Below the pieces are notes generated by a model. The model ran no database searches. It saw only the letters and a program-made list of their open reading frames with translations, and was not told the DNA's origin. From IMG/VR virus record IMGVR_UViG_3300042868_002472, positions 1 to 57,556 of that record: 57,556 nt of DNA, one strand, 5' to 3'. Shown here in pieces: positions 10,401 through 18,778 of the stretch (its first letter is position 1; each line of letters starts with the position of its first letter). Source of the stretch: a virus. Taxonomy: Duplodnaviria; Caudoviricetes. A program made the translations under genes and the position numbers.

Positions 10401-10679
10401 ACCATAGCCATCAGCGCGGAGGTTCTTGGTATTGATCTTGGGTGACTTCTCTTGAATGTATTTGACAATCTCAGCCTTGGTGAGCTTAGGCTGCTTCGCT
10501 AATAGCTCGTCTAGTCTGACGGCTAGTGCTTCCTTCTTCGCGCCTTTGGGTGCGTTGGCCTTGATGTACGCTGCCCACTGTGAGCTTGGCATGCTTTCTA
10601 GCTTGTGCGCAATCACCGCCCTCTCCAACGGAGAGTACATGTTCTTGATCTTGGTGAGTGCGCTAATTGGGCTCGGCAT
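7422..10679 (-). CDS. large modular (polyvalent) protein, probably virion-packaged
   Basis: Likely start is ATG 10679 (AGGGA RBS); ORF track start is 10724. N-terminal large-polyvalent-protein-like block (LFLEELQSDWAQQGR), ParB/Srx-like GHEGRHR motif, basic C-terminal module (RRKSFCARM...SLKRWNC). Six FxxGG-type linkers. Confidence 0.6.
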   Translation of the reverse strand: MPSPISALTKIKNMYSPLERAVIAHKLESMPSSQWAAYIKANAPKGAKKEALAVRLDELLAKQPKLTKAEIVKYIQEKSPKINTKNLRADGYGSDETQYGKYVLPGGEDYTETLIHLPANTSSPKIRMDKAFEITDANGTVLASGTMPIPMRTLEKINNNPDWVVREFDQPNLSDVLRDPSNFRSGHFDEPNVLAHLRTNIKLTPDNKDVLFLEELQSDWAQQGRKRGFRPNTIEEYYNQKASNVGATPWEELDDNSKAMIRNMYENEKGIPRGPYVEDTGDWTALGLKKAIERAVDEGQSHLAWTTGTQQANRYNLATQIDSINHRMNPDGTYGFSAIKNGQTVISRDGLTQDQLADQLGKDIAEKIVKTEGAEAPVGTSVGWEAEPSIYGDVAAPPQPRTLSGLDLQVGGEGMRTYYDQIIPSTANDILKSMGVTERVKPIGVQLGNNVSEQMGFDITPEIRDYVINQGLPAFAGGGIVRSGIKDLMDLVAKYNGRYGAQRVERAADEVPNLEQQYTKNALKNAFTGKGDTAQALTIMRPSEFEEWAQPLSKSFSSNKNYSPDLESFMSHDEYIDYLAKIATDSGFSDVPYLQMRKDEVGIPLKPYMTGHEGRHRTRALNKLGDQATLIEVLPYGDLRSGLPRQSQEEYIEALKKELEMQPLVRPEPIYRSLHEGDPRDAKIFPKVFKEGGPVHMDEGGKVSDPFANLSMLDKAKLLAKAAKYRIQYNEQATEHGKYPDALSSALKKKYLDDLGNSRVNRSPLDVAINYGGGYDFGVRQDIPADVARDMGKAYQYTDYFFSPFTGPKSDAVGDYYENMAGVEAGIKERGRRATEDEIQRRSADYGKRSSKMLPQYEEENFADGGAVETDGTDYDEMYEFKDYGNRETGEAKDTGALGEIRMPNGRDVMTEYSINVDGREMPSIVEGMHPADINYIRETGTVPEDAVATAIRSANKREAMGESPFWNKKETPAFADGGEVDYDAMYEFKQTVPGFAKGGPVLSVGRGEKLPVSKGAGLTAKGRAKYNAATGSNLKAPAPNPKTKADAGRRKSFCARMSGMPGPMKDEQGNPTRKAASLKRWNCN

Positions 10680-10710
10680 AGCATTCCCTAAACGGATTGG
10701 CTTTCCCGCG

Positions 10711-10739
10711 ATTGTAAAACACAATCAATTAAATTACAA
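10711..10739 (-). promoter_or_regulatory. sigma70-like promoter
   Basis: TTGTAA-N17-TACAAT on the minus strand, upstream of the modular protein gene. Confidence 0.55.
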
Positions 10740-12281
10740 CTACATCGCGTAAGGATTCGTTCTCTCCTTGCGTGGCGCAACGTCGTACTCGTCCTTGTTG
10801 TTATCGATGCTCAGCATGCGCGTGTCACGCAGGTAGATCAGCGCCTGCGTCATGCTGTCGACCATGTCGTCGTGCTCGCCGTTAGGGAAGATCATCAGCT
10901 CGTGCATCATCGCGTCGGTCCATGCAGGTGCGCGACCTGGCGTCTTCTTAGACTCAGGCAGGTACACCAGACCAGACTCAAGCAAGGGAGCAACCGCATG
11001 CACCCGTGTCACCTTGTCTGCTCGTCCTGGGTTGTACGGATGGCATGGCACGCCGCTGCGCCTCAAGTCTTGCATCAAGCTAATGCCCGATCCCTTCTCC
11101 TCGATCAGCACCACGTCGACCGTCTTGTCCTTGTCGCCGTACTTGGACTTGTACTCCTCGCCCATCTTCTTGCGCAGGTCCGGGTAACTTAGGTGCTCCT
11201 TCCAACAATCAAGCAACACGACGGCCTTACCGTTCGCGTGATTGAATATGCCCCAGGTGCTGCACGCTGTCGGGTCGTTCTGTGTCTTCTCAGTGAAGGC
11301 CGTGTCGTAGGACTGCACAACGTACATGAGCTTAGGCAACGGCTCATCGGCTGGCAGCAGCTTGAACCAGTCACGCTTGATGATACCGCCGGCCGCTGGT
11401 GACGGACGTTGTTGCAGCTGACCAGAGGTGCCGTACTCGCCAAGCTGCACCTTGAGCTCGTCAATCTCTTTGATCCCGAAGCGCCCCTTCCACAGCAGCT
11501 CGCCATCCTCGGTGCGCGGATCGTAGTTGCCCAGCGTGGTCTTGCTGCGTCTGCCCTTCTCGAACTGAGCCGGCAAGCAAAGGTGGTCCCAGCCACCCTG
11601 CTTGAGTACGTGACCAGAGAGGTCGTTCTCGTGCAGCCGCTGCATCACGATCACCTTGCAGCCAGTCTTAGGATTGTTAAGCCGCGTGCTCATCGCCTGG
11701 TCCCACCACTCAAGCGTGGACTCACGCATCGTGTCGGACTGCGCCTCCATCGAGTTGTGCGGGTCATCGACCACTAGCACGTCACCACCATGGCCCGTGG
11801 TCGACGCGCCAACAGAGGTAGCGAACCGGTAGCCTGACTTGTCGTTCTCGAAGAACGTCTTAGCGTTCTGGTCGCCAGTCAGCGCGAACCGATGGCCCCA
11901 GCGTTCTTGGAACCAGGGGCTGTCAATCAGTCGCCGGCACTTGAGTGAGTCACGCACCGACAGGCTGATCGCGTAAGAGGCAAACAGCCATCGGAACTGC
12001 GGCTGCGTCATCCACACCCACACCGGCCACATCACAGCGACCTGTATCGACTTCATGTGCCTGGGCGGTACGTTGATGAGCAGGTTGCGTATCTCGCCCC
12101 TCGTGACGGCCTCCAGGTGCTCGGAGATGGCATCGAGGTGCCAGTTGCCGATGTAAGGCGTGCCAGGCTCGATGACGTGCCACGCCATCTTAGTGAACTC
12201 ACTCAAAGACTTCTCAGCGCGGCGCCTGTCGTGCTCCAGCTGTATGTCCCGCAGTGGGATCACGTTAGACATGTCGATCAT
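10740..12281 (-). CDS. terL: terminase large subunit
   Basis: NVPPRHMKS Walker A, VLVVDDPH Walker B, VMQRLH coupling motif, SYDTA and HDDMVDS nuclease motifs. Confidence 0.95.
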   Translation of the reverse strand: MIDMSNVIPLRDIQLEHDRRRAEKSLSEFTKMAWHVIEPGTPYIGNWHLDAISEHLEAVTRGEIRNLLINVPPRHMKSIQVAVMWPVWVWMTQPQFRWLFASYAISLSVRDSLKCRRLIDSPWFQERWGHRFALTGDQNAKTFFENDKSGYRFATSVGASTTGHGGDVLVVDDPHNSMEAQSDTMRESTLEWWDQAMSTRLNNPKTGCKVIVMQRLHENDLSGHVLKQGGWDHLCLPAQFEKGRRSKTTLGNYDPRTEDGELLWKGRFGIKEIDELKVQLGEYGTSGQLQQRPSPAAGGIIKRDWFKLLPADEPLPKLMYVVQSYDTAFTEKTQNDPTACSTWGIFNHANGKAVVLLDCWKEHLSYPDLRKKMGEEYKSKYGDKDKTVDVVLIEEKGSGISLMQDLRRSGVPCHPYNPGRADKVTRVHAVAPLLESGLVYLPESKKTPGRAPAWTDAMMHELMIFPNGEHDDMVDSMTQALIYLRDTRMLSIDNNKDEYDVAPRKERTNPYAM

Positions 12282-12811
12282 ACGTCAGTCACCACCTTAA
12301 TGCTATCTAGGCTCTCGTCTGAGGCCTTCGCTGTTAGTCTGAGGTACTCAGCTAGCTCGTCGTCAGTTAAGCGGCTCAGCTTGATCTCACTAGCCAGTGA
12401 GCCGTTTATGTTTATGTTCTTGCTCTCGACCTTGTCAACGTACAGGCCACTCACCTTCCCACGCAGCATCTCACCATTGATGGCAGCAGAGTACTGATCC
12501 TTGGCTGCCGCCAGGTCACTCAGCTGGCCCAACTTAATCAGGTGCTCTTCGAGTGTGATCTGCACCTTCTTGATCACAGGAGCGCGTAGCTCAGCAATCC
12601 TTGCAATTAGCTTGGGTTTTGACATGAGCTCATTTGCAGCTCGATAAATGGTTGAATCCTTGTAGCGACTGGTGTCGTAGGCCGCTCTGTAGGCATCTGA
12701 CTGGTTGTTGCCCCTGACAATGTTCTGACAGAAGACCTCCTCTTGCGCGGTCAAGCCGCTAGGCATCAGTGTCGTCGATGCTCTCTTGCGTGACTCACTT
12801 ACTTCACTCAT
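12278..12811 (-). CDS. terS: terminase small subunit
   Basis: LTAQEEVFC...NQSDAYRAAY HTH. Directly upstream of terL, with overlap. Confidence 0.85.
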   Translation of the reverse strand: MSEVSESRKRASTTLMPSGLTAQEEVFCQNIVRGNNQSDAYRAAYDTSRYKDSTIYRAANELMSKPKLIARIAELRAPVIKKVQITLEEHLIKLGQLSDLAAAKDQYSAAINGEMLRGKVSGLYVDKVESKNININGSLASEIKLSRLTDDELAEYLRLTAKASDESLDSIKVVTDV

Positions 12812-13062
12812 GCTTTAAGTCCTGACAAATTTTCAATGGTAAGCGTAAAGCCTTCACGTCTTGCGATGTGCATAATCTCAATCCAATACTTCTGTGGGAT
12901 GTGCCCGTCGGTCCCCTTCATGATCTTCGGGTAGGTCCAGCGAGTGATCGTGCTCGGACTGATACCCAACTTCCTGGCTAGGTCTCGGTTGCTCTTGAAC
13001 TTAGCTAAGACCGTCGATGCGGGCTTCTTGTTCATTAGGTGGCTGTAATCTTCGGTGTCCAT
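12808..13062 (-). CDS. HTH transcriptional regulator (Cro/CI-like)
   Basis: RDLARKLGISPSTITRW helix-turn-helix and GHIPQKYW. ATG 13062 is preferred over TTG 13083. Confidence 0.75.
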   Translation of the reverse strand: MDTEDYSHLMNKKPASTVLAKFKSNRDLARKLGISPSTITRWTYPKIMKGTDGHIPQKYWIEIMHIARREGFTLTIENLSGLKA

Positions 13063-13091
13063 TTGTGTTCCAATAACATTCAATAGCCGGC

Positions 13092-13122
13092 AGTATAAAT
13101 CAATTGTGCGTTTACCTCAACA
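13092..13122 (-). promoter_or_regulatory. leftward promoter overlapped by an operator copy (family 1)
   Basis: TTGAGG-N17-TATACT on the minus strand. It overlaps TGTGCGTTTACCTCAACA at 13105-13122. Confidence 0.6.
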
Positions 13123-13197
13123 TAATAACACAACTTAAATAAAATTACCCTTGAAACCTAATGATATCCTCATTCTTAAAAATAATTAAAAATAATT

Positions 13198-13286
13198 AAA
13201 AATAAGTGTTGCGTTTCTCTCAACACTCTGTATAATGACTTCTGTGGTAGGACAACACAATAAAACTAAAAGGACTAAATAAAATG
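13198..13286 (+). promoter_or_regulatory. early promoter/leader cassette, copy 1
   Basis: TTGCGT(13209)-N16-TATAAT(13231), inverted repeat GTGTTG..CAACAC, AT-rich upstream element. Near-identical copy at 22132-22220. Confidence 0.75.
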
Positions 13287-13568
13287 ACAAATCTAGCTAA
13301 ACTTCAAGCAACAACTCAAATCGATCAACTAGGCATCTTGTTAGCGCAAATCGCTGACCTTGAGGCACAGGCCGAAATCATCAAGAACGAACTCAAATCA
13401 AACGAAGGTGTTATCGAGGGTGACCTCTTCCGTGGTGTTGTAACACTGTCAGAAAGAAAGACAGTCGACAACAAGGCAGTCTTCATTGCTGCCGACGTAC
13501 CAGCCGAACTGATCGCTAAGTACACAAAGACAACGGCTGTTATCACTTTAAAAGTAACTTCAAGATAA
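13284..13568 (+). CDS. hypothetical early protein
   Basis: 94 aa, AAGGA RBS, downstream of a strong promoter. Confidence 0.7.
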   Translation: MTNLAKLQATTQIDQLGILLAQIADLEAQAEIIKNELKSNEGVIEGDLFRGVVTLSERKTVDNKAVFIAADVPAELIAKYTKTTAVITLKVTSR

Positions 13569-13576
13569 AAACCAAT

Positions 13577-13931
13577 CTGCACCCAAAATTGAAATAGGGG
13601 TGCGGTGCTCGGTTCTTCTTATACTACTTAAATGTGTAATGTGTGTGTGTTTTATGTGTATACCAATTCTAAAATACATACACACTCTTCTCATATGAAT
13701 ACTTTTTACCCTTTTACTGATCACCGATATCCTAAATAAAAAATATATAGTAAAAACAAAGAATTAAATAGGGGCGCGGTTAGGGGCGCAGTTGCAAAAA
13801 AGGGCGCGGTCACTGCGCCCTTTTTCATTAAAATTCTACCTTTTCTAAAAATCCACCATTTTTGTTGTTATAAAAATCCCTGACGATGGTTTTCACCTCC
13901 AAAATCCTGTCATCATCGACCGCGCCCCTAA
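13577..13931. repeat. putative replication origin with GC-rich iterons in an AT-rich spacer
   Basis: TAGGGGCGCGGT-like 12-mers at 13595, 13769, 13781 and 13799, with inverted copies at 13812 and 13919. Confidence 0.6.
13796..13825. terminator. bidirectional intrinsic terminator-like hairpin
   Basis: AAAAAAGGGCGCGG-TCA-CTGCGCCCTTTTT between convergent genes. It is built from two iterons. Confidence 0.6.
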
Positions 13932-16287
13932 TCCATACATAATGATGCCCGTCGCCATAGATTTTTATCTTGCGTCCAGGTATCGGGGCGTACCCCATTT
14001 CGGACAAAATAATCGAGGCTGTTCTGTTCTTAGGAAGCTCCCCACCCTGACCAACGATGATCTTATTTAACCAGGTAACATCGATTATCTTATCGTTAAT
14101 AACCTCGCAGGTATTGTTGCTGATAGCGTCATCGATCGCGTCCCACTCAGGCGACACGCTCAAGGCTTTCATCTCGCTCTTGGCGCCGGTGTCTGGCGCA
14201 CGACCGCTAGGGTCAAAGCTCTTAGCGATCTGCCTATTAAGTAAGAACCTAGCGATCGCGTCTGGGCGACGTCGTGTGTTAGCGAACAGCTCATCGAAGT
14301 ACTCGCGAGCCTTCTCACGGCCACCGAAGGCATCGAATAACTCCTCCTCGCTCTGGATCCTAGAGAACATAGCGCAGTAGCGACGCTCACCGTCACCAAG
14401 TGGGACCGCGTCCTTGTGGTTGGTCAGCAACAAGTACGATGTGAAGTTAGGCACGGTCCTGTGGTCGCGGCCCTTCTCCTCGATCTGGATGGTTGAGTTA
14501 GAGATAATAGGCTTAAGCTTGTCCAGGATCTCGTACTTGTTAGTGCCGGCGATGCGGATCTCTTCGACCACAGTCACCAGTGAGCCATGCGCCCAGCCAG
14601 TAAAGCGACCAGAGATGGCCTGCGTGTCGAGCGACCTAACGTTGCTGCCAAGCAGCTCCTCGAAGACGTTGCCGAAGTAACTCTTGCCGGTGCCGGGCGC
14701 ACCTTGCAGCAGCATGGCCCAGCCCACTCGCTTGCCTGGGTTCTGGTAGATGTAAGCCATCCAGTCTAGGAAGAGCTCCTGCTCGGAGGGACGCTCAAGC
14801 GTGAAGGCGACGTGGCTCAGGAACATGTCCACGACCCTCTGGCCGTCAGCGTCAATCGTGTCACACGGGGCGACGCCCTTAGGTGAGTAAGAGTTCATCA
14901 TGCGCTTGTGTTCGTACGTGAAGAACTTACCGGCAGCCGGGAAGAACATCACGTCCACCACGGTCTGAAGGTTGTAGTTAACCAACGCAAGCTGTGAGGC
15001 CTGACGCTCGGCAGCCACGCACTCAGGCTCGCGGTCGAACTTGGCGTTGAAGGCCTCGCGCTTGATCATGTAGTCGGCCACCTCGGCGTTGGCGAACGAG
15101 CATGTGTTCTCAACGTAGACCCAAGGGTCGAGCCAGTCCGGCTGCACAACGGAGTGAGCCCTGGCGACGCGACTGGCCTGCATCTCTTTGGTGATGGCGC
15201 CCTTGGCGACCTTGTTAATCTTGCCGAAGTGATCAGCGAGCTCGCTCACGACACCGGACCGGTAGACGGGAGGCAAGACGTGATCGCTCATGGCGGTGAT
15301 CTTGTCCTTGAAGAGCTGGTACTCGTCGAAGGTGGTGACACGCGACGCCTCAAGCAGCAGCGTGTCGAACATGTTGTCCACAGCGACGACGCCGCCGGCC
15401 TCCTTGACCCAGTGCATGATAGAGGCGAACGTGATGGGTGACTCGGCGCCACCAAACGAGCGCCACTTGGTGGGCATCTCTGAGTCGTTGAAGCGTTCAC
15501 TGTCGGCACTGGACCAGCCAACCCAACGCTCGAAGCCAACAGCCGAGCCCTCGAACTGATGAAAGAGCGCCATCCCTACCTTGAGCCAGGTGTCGTACGT
15601 GGCGGCAGTGGGATCAAGCGCGGACAGGTAGGCGTCGACCATCTCAGGCGTGATGTCGAGCGGCTGGTTGGCGAGCACACTGCTGAGCTCATCGAGCTCG
15701 TCGGACGAGTCGCTGATGACGTGGCCGCGCACGCCGTGAGGCTCGACACCGTGGATGACCTCAGGCACCTGAAGCTCACCGCCAGCCTGGGTCATGGTCC
15801 AGAACTCACCGCCCTCTGGGTGCTGAGGCAAGAACATTGCCTGGTTGGGCACGGAGGAGCACTTGTCGAAGGCCTCGAAGGGGATGGAGGTGCTCAGCAT
15901 GAAGCTGATCGCGAAGGCGCGGTACTCGTCCGGCGTGAGCTCACGGCTCAGAGGCGCGACGACACGCACGCGAGGCTTGGTGTTGCTGTGACGGTAGCTA
16001 GAGTAAGCGACGAACGAGCAGGGCACGCTCATCTCAAGATCAAACGCCAGGTCATCGACCGTGCCAACGTAGCCGTCGATGTCTAACACCAGCAGCGTAC
16101 GGGCGAGCATGAACTCTTCCTTGCGCACGTCACCACTGTAGTAACCACCGACCAGGTACTTGCCGCCCTTCTTAGGTGTAACAACATGCGTCGACAGTAC
16201 GGTCATGATGTGTTGCCAATCACGAACGACGCCGGCTACCTTATTACTCGATTCGGTCTTACCAATCGAGAGCTTGTATGTTTTCAT
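13828..16287 (-). CDS. primase-helicase (AEP/RepB-like primase, PriCT-2, SF3/D5-like helicase)
   Basis: LVLDIDG and YSSYRH...PRVRVVAPL primase motifs, YDTWLKVGMAL PriCT-2, GAPGTGKS Walker A, VVEEI Walker B, LLTNH motif C. Alternative start at 16332. Confidence 0.85.
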   Translation of the reverse strand: MKTYKLSIGKTESSNKVAGVVRDWQHIMTVLSTHVVTPKKGGKYLVGGYYSGDVRKEEFMLARTLLVLDIDGYVGTVDDLAFDLEMSVPCSFVAYSSYRHSNTKPRVRVVAPLSRELTPDEYRAFAISFMLSTSIPFEAFDKCSSVPNQAMFLPQHPEGGEFWTMTQAGGELQVPEVIHGVEPHGVRGHVISDSSDELDELSSVLANQPLDITPEMVDAYLSALDPTAATYDTWLKVGMALFHQFEGSAVGFERWVGWSSADSERFNDSEMPTKWRSFGGAESPITFASIMHWVKEAGGVVAVDNMFDTLLLEASRVTTFDEYQLFKDKITAMSDHVLPPVYRSGVVSELADHFGKINKVAKGAITKEMQASRVARAHSVVQPDWLDPWVYVENTCSFANAEVADYMIKREAFNAKFDREPECVAAERQASQLALVNYNLQTVVDVMFFPAAGKFFTYEHKRMMNSYSPKGVAPCDTIDADGQRVVDMFLSHVAFTLERPSEQELFLDWMAYIYQNPGKRVGWAMLLQGAPGTGKSYFGNVFEELLGSNVRSLDTQAISGRFTGWAHGSLVTVVEEIRIAGTNKYEILDKLKPIISNSTIQIEEKGRDHRTVPNFTSYLLLTNHKDAVPLGDGERRYCAMFSRIQSEEELFDAFGGREKAREYFDELFANTRRRPDAIARFLLNRQIAKSFDPSGRAPDTGAKSEMKALSVSPEWDAIDDAISNNTCEVINDKIIDVTWLNKIIVGQGGELPKNRTASIILSEMGYAPIPGRKIKIYGDGHHYVWIRGAVDDDRILEVKTIVRDFYNNKNGGFLEKVEF

Positions 16288-16312
16288 TGGAGTATCCAAA
16301 CAGTTGTTATTA

Positions 16313-16516
16313 TTAAAGGTCAGCTGACTCACTCGGCGCTACAATATCCAGCGCCTTGAAGCGGCCCTTGGTGATACGCTCAACCTCAATCGCCCGACGA
16401 GCAGGCAACCCTCCCGTGGCGAGCCACTGACTGACCGCCCCCTGCGTGACCTCTAACGCGTCGGCCATCTTGTCCTGCGTCCCGAAGTACGCAACCAGCT
16501 CTACTAACTTACTCAT
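16313..16516 (-). CDS. Cro/YdaS-like HTH regulator
   Basis: YFGTQDKMADALEVTQGAVSQW...LPARRAIEVERIT. Confidence 0.85.
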   Translation of the reverse strand: MSKLVELVAYFGTQDKMADALEVTQGAVSQWLATGGLPARRAIEVERITKGRFKALDIVAPSESADL

Positions 16517-16547
16517 TATGTTTTACCCTTTAGTTAAATACAGAAAT

Positions 16548-16581
16548 ATATTAGCACAAGTAATATTAGCTGTGGTAATAT
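16548..16581. promoter_or_regulatory. tandem palindromic operators (family 2) in a divergent promoter region
   Basis: ATATTAGCacaAGTAATAT at 16548-16566 and ATATTAGCtgtGGTAATAT at 16563-16581. Extended -10 TGgTAATAT. Confidence 0.65.
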
Positions 16582-16623
16582 TATTTCGCAACACATCATT
16601 TAAAACTTAAAAGGAAAACTAAA

Positions 16624-16995
16624 ATGGCACTAGAAGATAACATCAAAGAACTAACACTGGCCGTCCACAAGCTGATCGCTGCGCTAGACGTTACAACCGC
16701 GAGCGTAACGCCGGCACAGACCGAGACAGTCTACGAGGTTGAGCTAGAGGCGCCGGCACCTAAGAAGGCCAAGCCTGAACTCAAGGCCGTGCCCACTAAA
16801 GAGGTAGCGGCCGACACACCTGAGCAGACGCACGAGAAGCTGAAGGCGCTGTGTCTAGACTTGGTACGCAAGGACCCGGCCAACCGTGATAAGGTCAAGG
16901 CCGTGATCTCTGGGTTCGGTGCGACCTTAGTTAGCGACGTCACCGAAGACAAGCTGCCGGAGCTCGCTAAACAACTAATGGCGCTGGCATCATGA
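16624..16995 (+). CDS. hypothetical protein (replication module)
   Basis: AAGGA RBS, P/A/K-rich linker and a helical C-terminal domain. Precedes the DUF2800-like gene. Confidence 0.7.
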   Translation: MALEDNIKELTLAVHKLIAALDVTTASVTPAQTETVYEVELEAPAPKKAKPELKAVPTKEVAADTPEQTHEKLKALCLDLVRKDPANRDKVKAVISGFGATLVSDVTEDKLPELAKQLMALAS

Positions 16996-18128
16996 GCACC
17001 GCGCACGCTAAGCTGAGCGCCAGCGGAAGCGCCAAGTGGTCCCTCTGCCCTGGCAGCGTGTTCGCCGAGAAGGACTTTCCCAACACGACCTCAGTCTTCG
17101 CCGAAGAGGGCACAGCGGCGCACGAGCTGGCTGAGCTGTTGCTGCGAGGCGATGACGAGCTAACGTTGGTGGGCGACGTGATAGGCGTGACGCTACCAGA
17201 TAGCGGCGTGGTCGTCACGCAGGACATGTACGACTACGTGCAGACGTACGTTAGCTACGTCAACTCGATAAGCGGCGAGCTGTTCGTTGAGCAGCGGGTG
17301 GACTTTAGTCACATCGCGCCAGACGGGTTCGGGACCAGTGACGCCATCGTGATCAACGACAACACCATGACCATCATCGACCTTAAGTACGGCAAAGGCG
17401 TGCGCGTTGACGCCGAGAACAACACGCAGGGCATCCTGTACGCGTTGGGCGCCGTGAACGACTACGGCATGCTGTTCCACATCAAGACTATTAATATAGT
17501 TATTGTGCAGCCGCGCCTCGATCACATCTCCGAGTGGACCATCGGCATCGACGAGCTTAACCGTTGGGGTGAGCGCCTCAAGCAAGCGGCCGAGCTGGCG
17601 CTGAGCGAGAACGCACCGAGGTCACCAGGCGAGAAGCAGTGTCAGTGGTGCCGAGCCAAGGCCACCTGCCCGGCGTTGGCTAAGCTGACCGAGAGCACGC
17701 TGATGACGTCGTTCGACAACCTAGACACCAGCAAGCCAGAGCAGCTGACCGACGAGCAGCTGAAGATTGCGCTAGATAACAAGAAGCTGATTGTCTCATG
17801 GTTCGATGCCGTCGAGACGCTGGTGACCGACCGCCTAAGCGCGGGCCAAGGGTTCAACGGTTACAAGCTGGTAGCCGGTAGGGCCAACCGCGCCTGGCGT
17901 GATGAGGCAGCGACAGCGGCCGCACTGCGTGACGTGCTAGGCGAGGAGACGCTCTACACGCGCAAGATCATATCGCCGGCGCAGGCCGAGAAGGAGCTGG
18001 GCAAGTCACGCGCTGAGCTGCTTGACGACCTGGTCACCAAGCCAGAGGGCGCGCCAACGCTAGTGCCTGAGTCAGACAAGCGACCACCGGTCAACGTCAG
18101 TAAAAATGACTTTGACTTAATTAATTAG
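16992..18128 (+). CDS. DUF2800 / Cas4-like PD-(D/E)xK exonuclease
   Basis: HAKLSAS...W..CPGS, EGTAAH, GTSD, IIDLKYGKG and CQWCRAKATC (Fe-S cysteines). Confidence 0.85.
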   Translation: MSTAHAKLSASGSAKWSLCPGSVFAEKDFPNTTSVFAEEGTAAHELAELLLRGDDELTLVGDVIGVTLPDSGVVVTQDMYDYVQTYVSYVNSISGELFVEQRVDFSHIAPDGFGTSDAIVINDNTMTIIDLKYGKGVRVDAENNTQGILYALGAVNDYGMLFHIKTINIVIVQPRLDHISEWTIGIDELNRWGERLKQAAELALSENAPRSPGEKQCQWCRAKATCPALAKLTESTLMTSFDNLDTSKPEQLTDEQLKIALDNKKLIVSWFDAVETLVTDRLSAGQGFNGYKLVAGRANRAWRDEAATAAALRDVLGEETLYTRKIISPAQAEKELGKSRAELLDDLVTKPEGAPTLVPESDKRPPVNVSKNDFDLIN

Positions 18129-18140
18129 CTGTGCTAATAT
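18112..18140 (+). promoter_or_regulatory. promoter with overlapping family-2 operator
   Basis: TTGACT-N17-TAATAT with TGn extension. Operator TAATTAGCtgtGCTAATAT at 18122-18140. Confidence 0.7.
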
Positions 18141-18196
18141 TCTTTTGTGCGCTGTCTAGGCACAATAAACTTTAAATGTAAAAGGAAAAAAGTAAA

Positions 18197-18712
18197 ATGG
18201 CTCAAATTAAACTTAAAAATGTACGACTATCATTTCCCTCACTGTTTCATAAGGCGTCGTTCCAAGGCAACGAAACTAAGTACGAGGCTACCTTCCTACT
18301 AAACAAGAAGACACACGCGGACACAATCGCTGAGATCCAATCTGCAATCGCTGATAAAGTTAAGAACGATCTAAAAGGTGCCAAGCTTGGTGCTGACAAG
18401 ATCTGTCTTAAAGATGGCGACGAGATTGACTACGACGGTTACGCCGGTCACTTTAGTATCAAGGGCGCTAACGGCAAACGTCCGTTGGTTATCGGTAAGG
18501 ACAAGTCACCAATAACAGAGGACGATAATGTCATCTACGCTGGTTGCTACGTCAACGCGATAATCGAGCTTTGGGCACAGGACAACGGCTTCGGTAAGCG
18601 TATCAACGCTAACCTGTTGGCTGTTCAATTTGCCGGTGACGGTGAACCGTTCGGTGACGGCGGTACGAGTGTCGGAGTTGATGACTTCGATGTGATTGAC
18701 GACGACTTTTAA
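18197..18712 (+). CDS. ssb: single-stranded DNA-binding protein (DUF2815 / T7 gp2.5-like)
   Basis: VRLSFPSLF, LKDGD, YAGCYVNA and DGEPFG motifs. Acidic C-terminus ending in F. Confidence 0.85.
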   Translation: MAQIKLKNVRLSFPSLFHKASFQGNETKYEATFLLNKKTHADTIAEIQSAIADKVKNDLKGAKLGADKICLKDGDEIDYDGYAGHFSIKGANGKRPLVIGKDKSPITEDDNVIYAGCYVNAIIELWAQDNGFGKRINANLLAVQFAGDGEPFGDGGTSVGVDDFDVIDDDF

Positions 18713-18731
18713 TACGCGTTACATGTAACAC

Positions 18732-18754
18732 CGCCCCTCGATGTCTGAGGGGCG
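18732..18754 (+). terminator. GC-rich hairpin between ssb and polymerase (attenuator or stabiliser)
   Basis: CGCCCCTC-GATGTCT-GAGGGGCG. No clear U-tract follows. Confidence 0.45.
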
Positions 18755-18778
18755 CATTAACTAAAAGGCCACCCCTTA

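Noticed and set aside
12808-16516. Lysogeny switch implied by two HTH genes
   Set aside because: No integrase, partition system or peptidase-bearing CI repressor was seen. Both proteins are short Cro-like regulators.
16992-18128. Cas4-like nuclease as part of a CRISPR system
   Set aside because: No array or other cas genes. It sits in a standard phage replication module.
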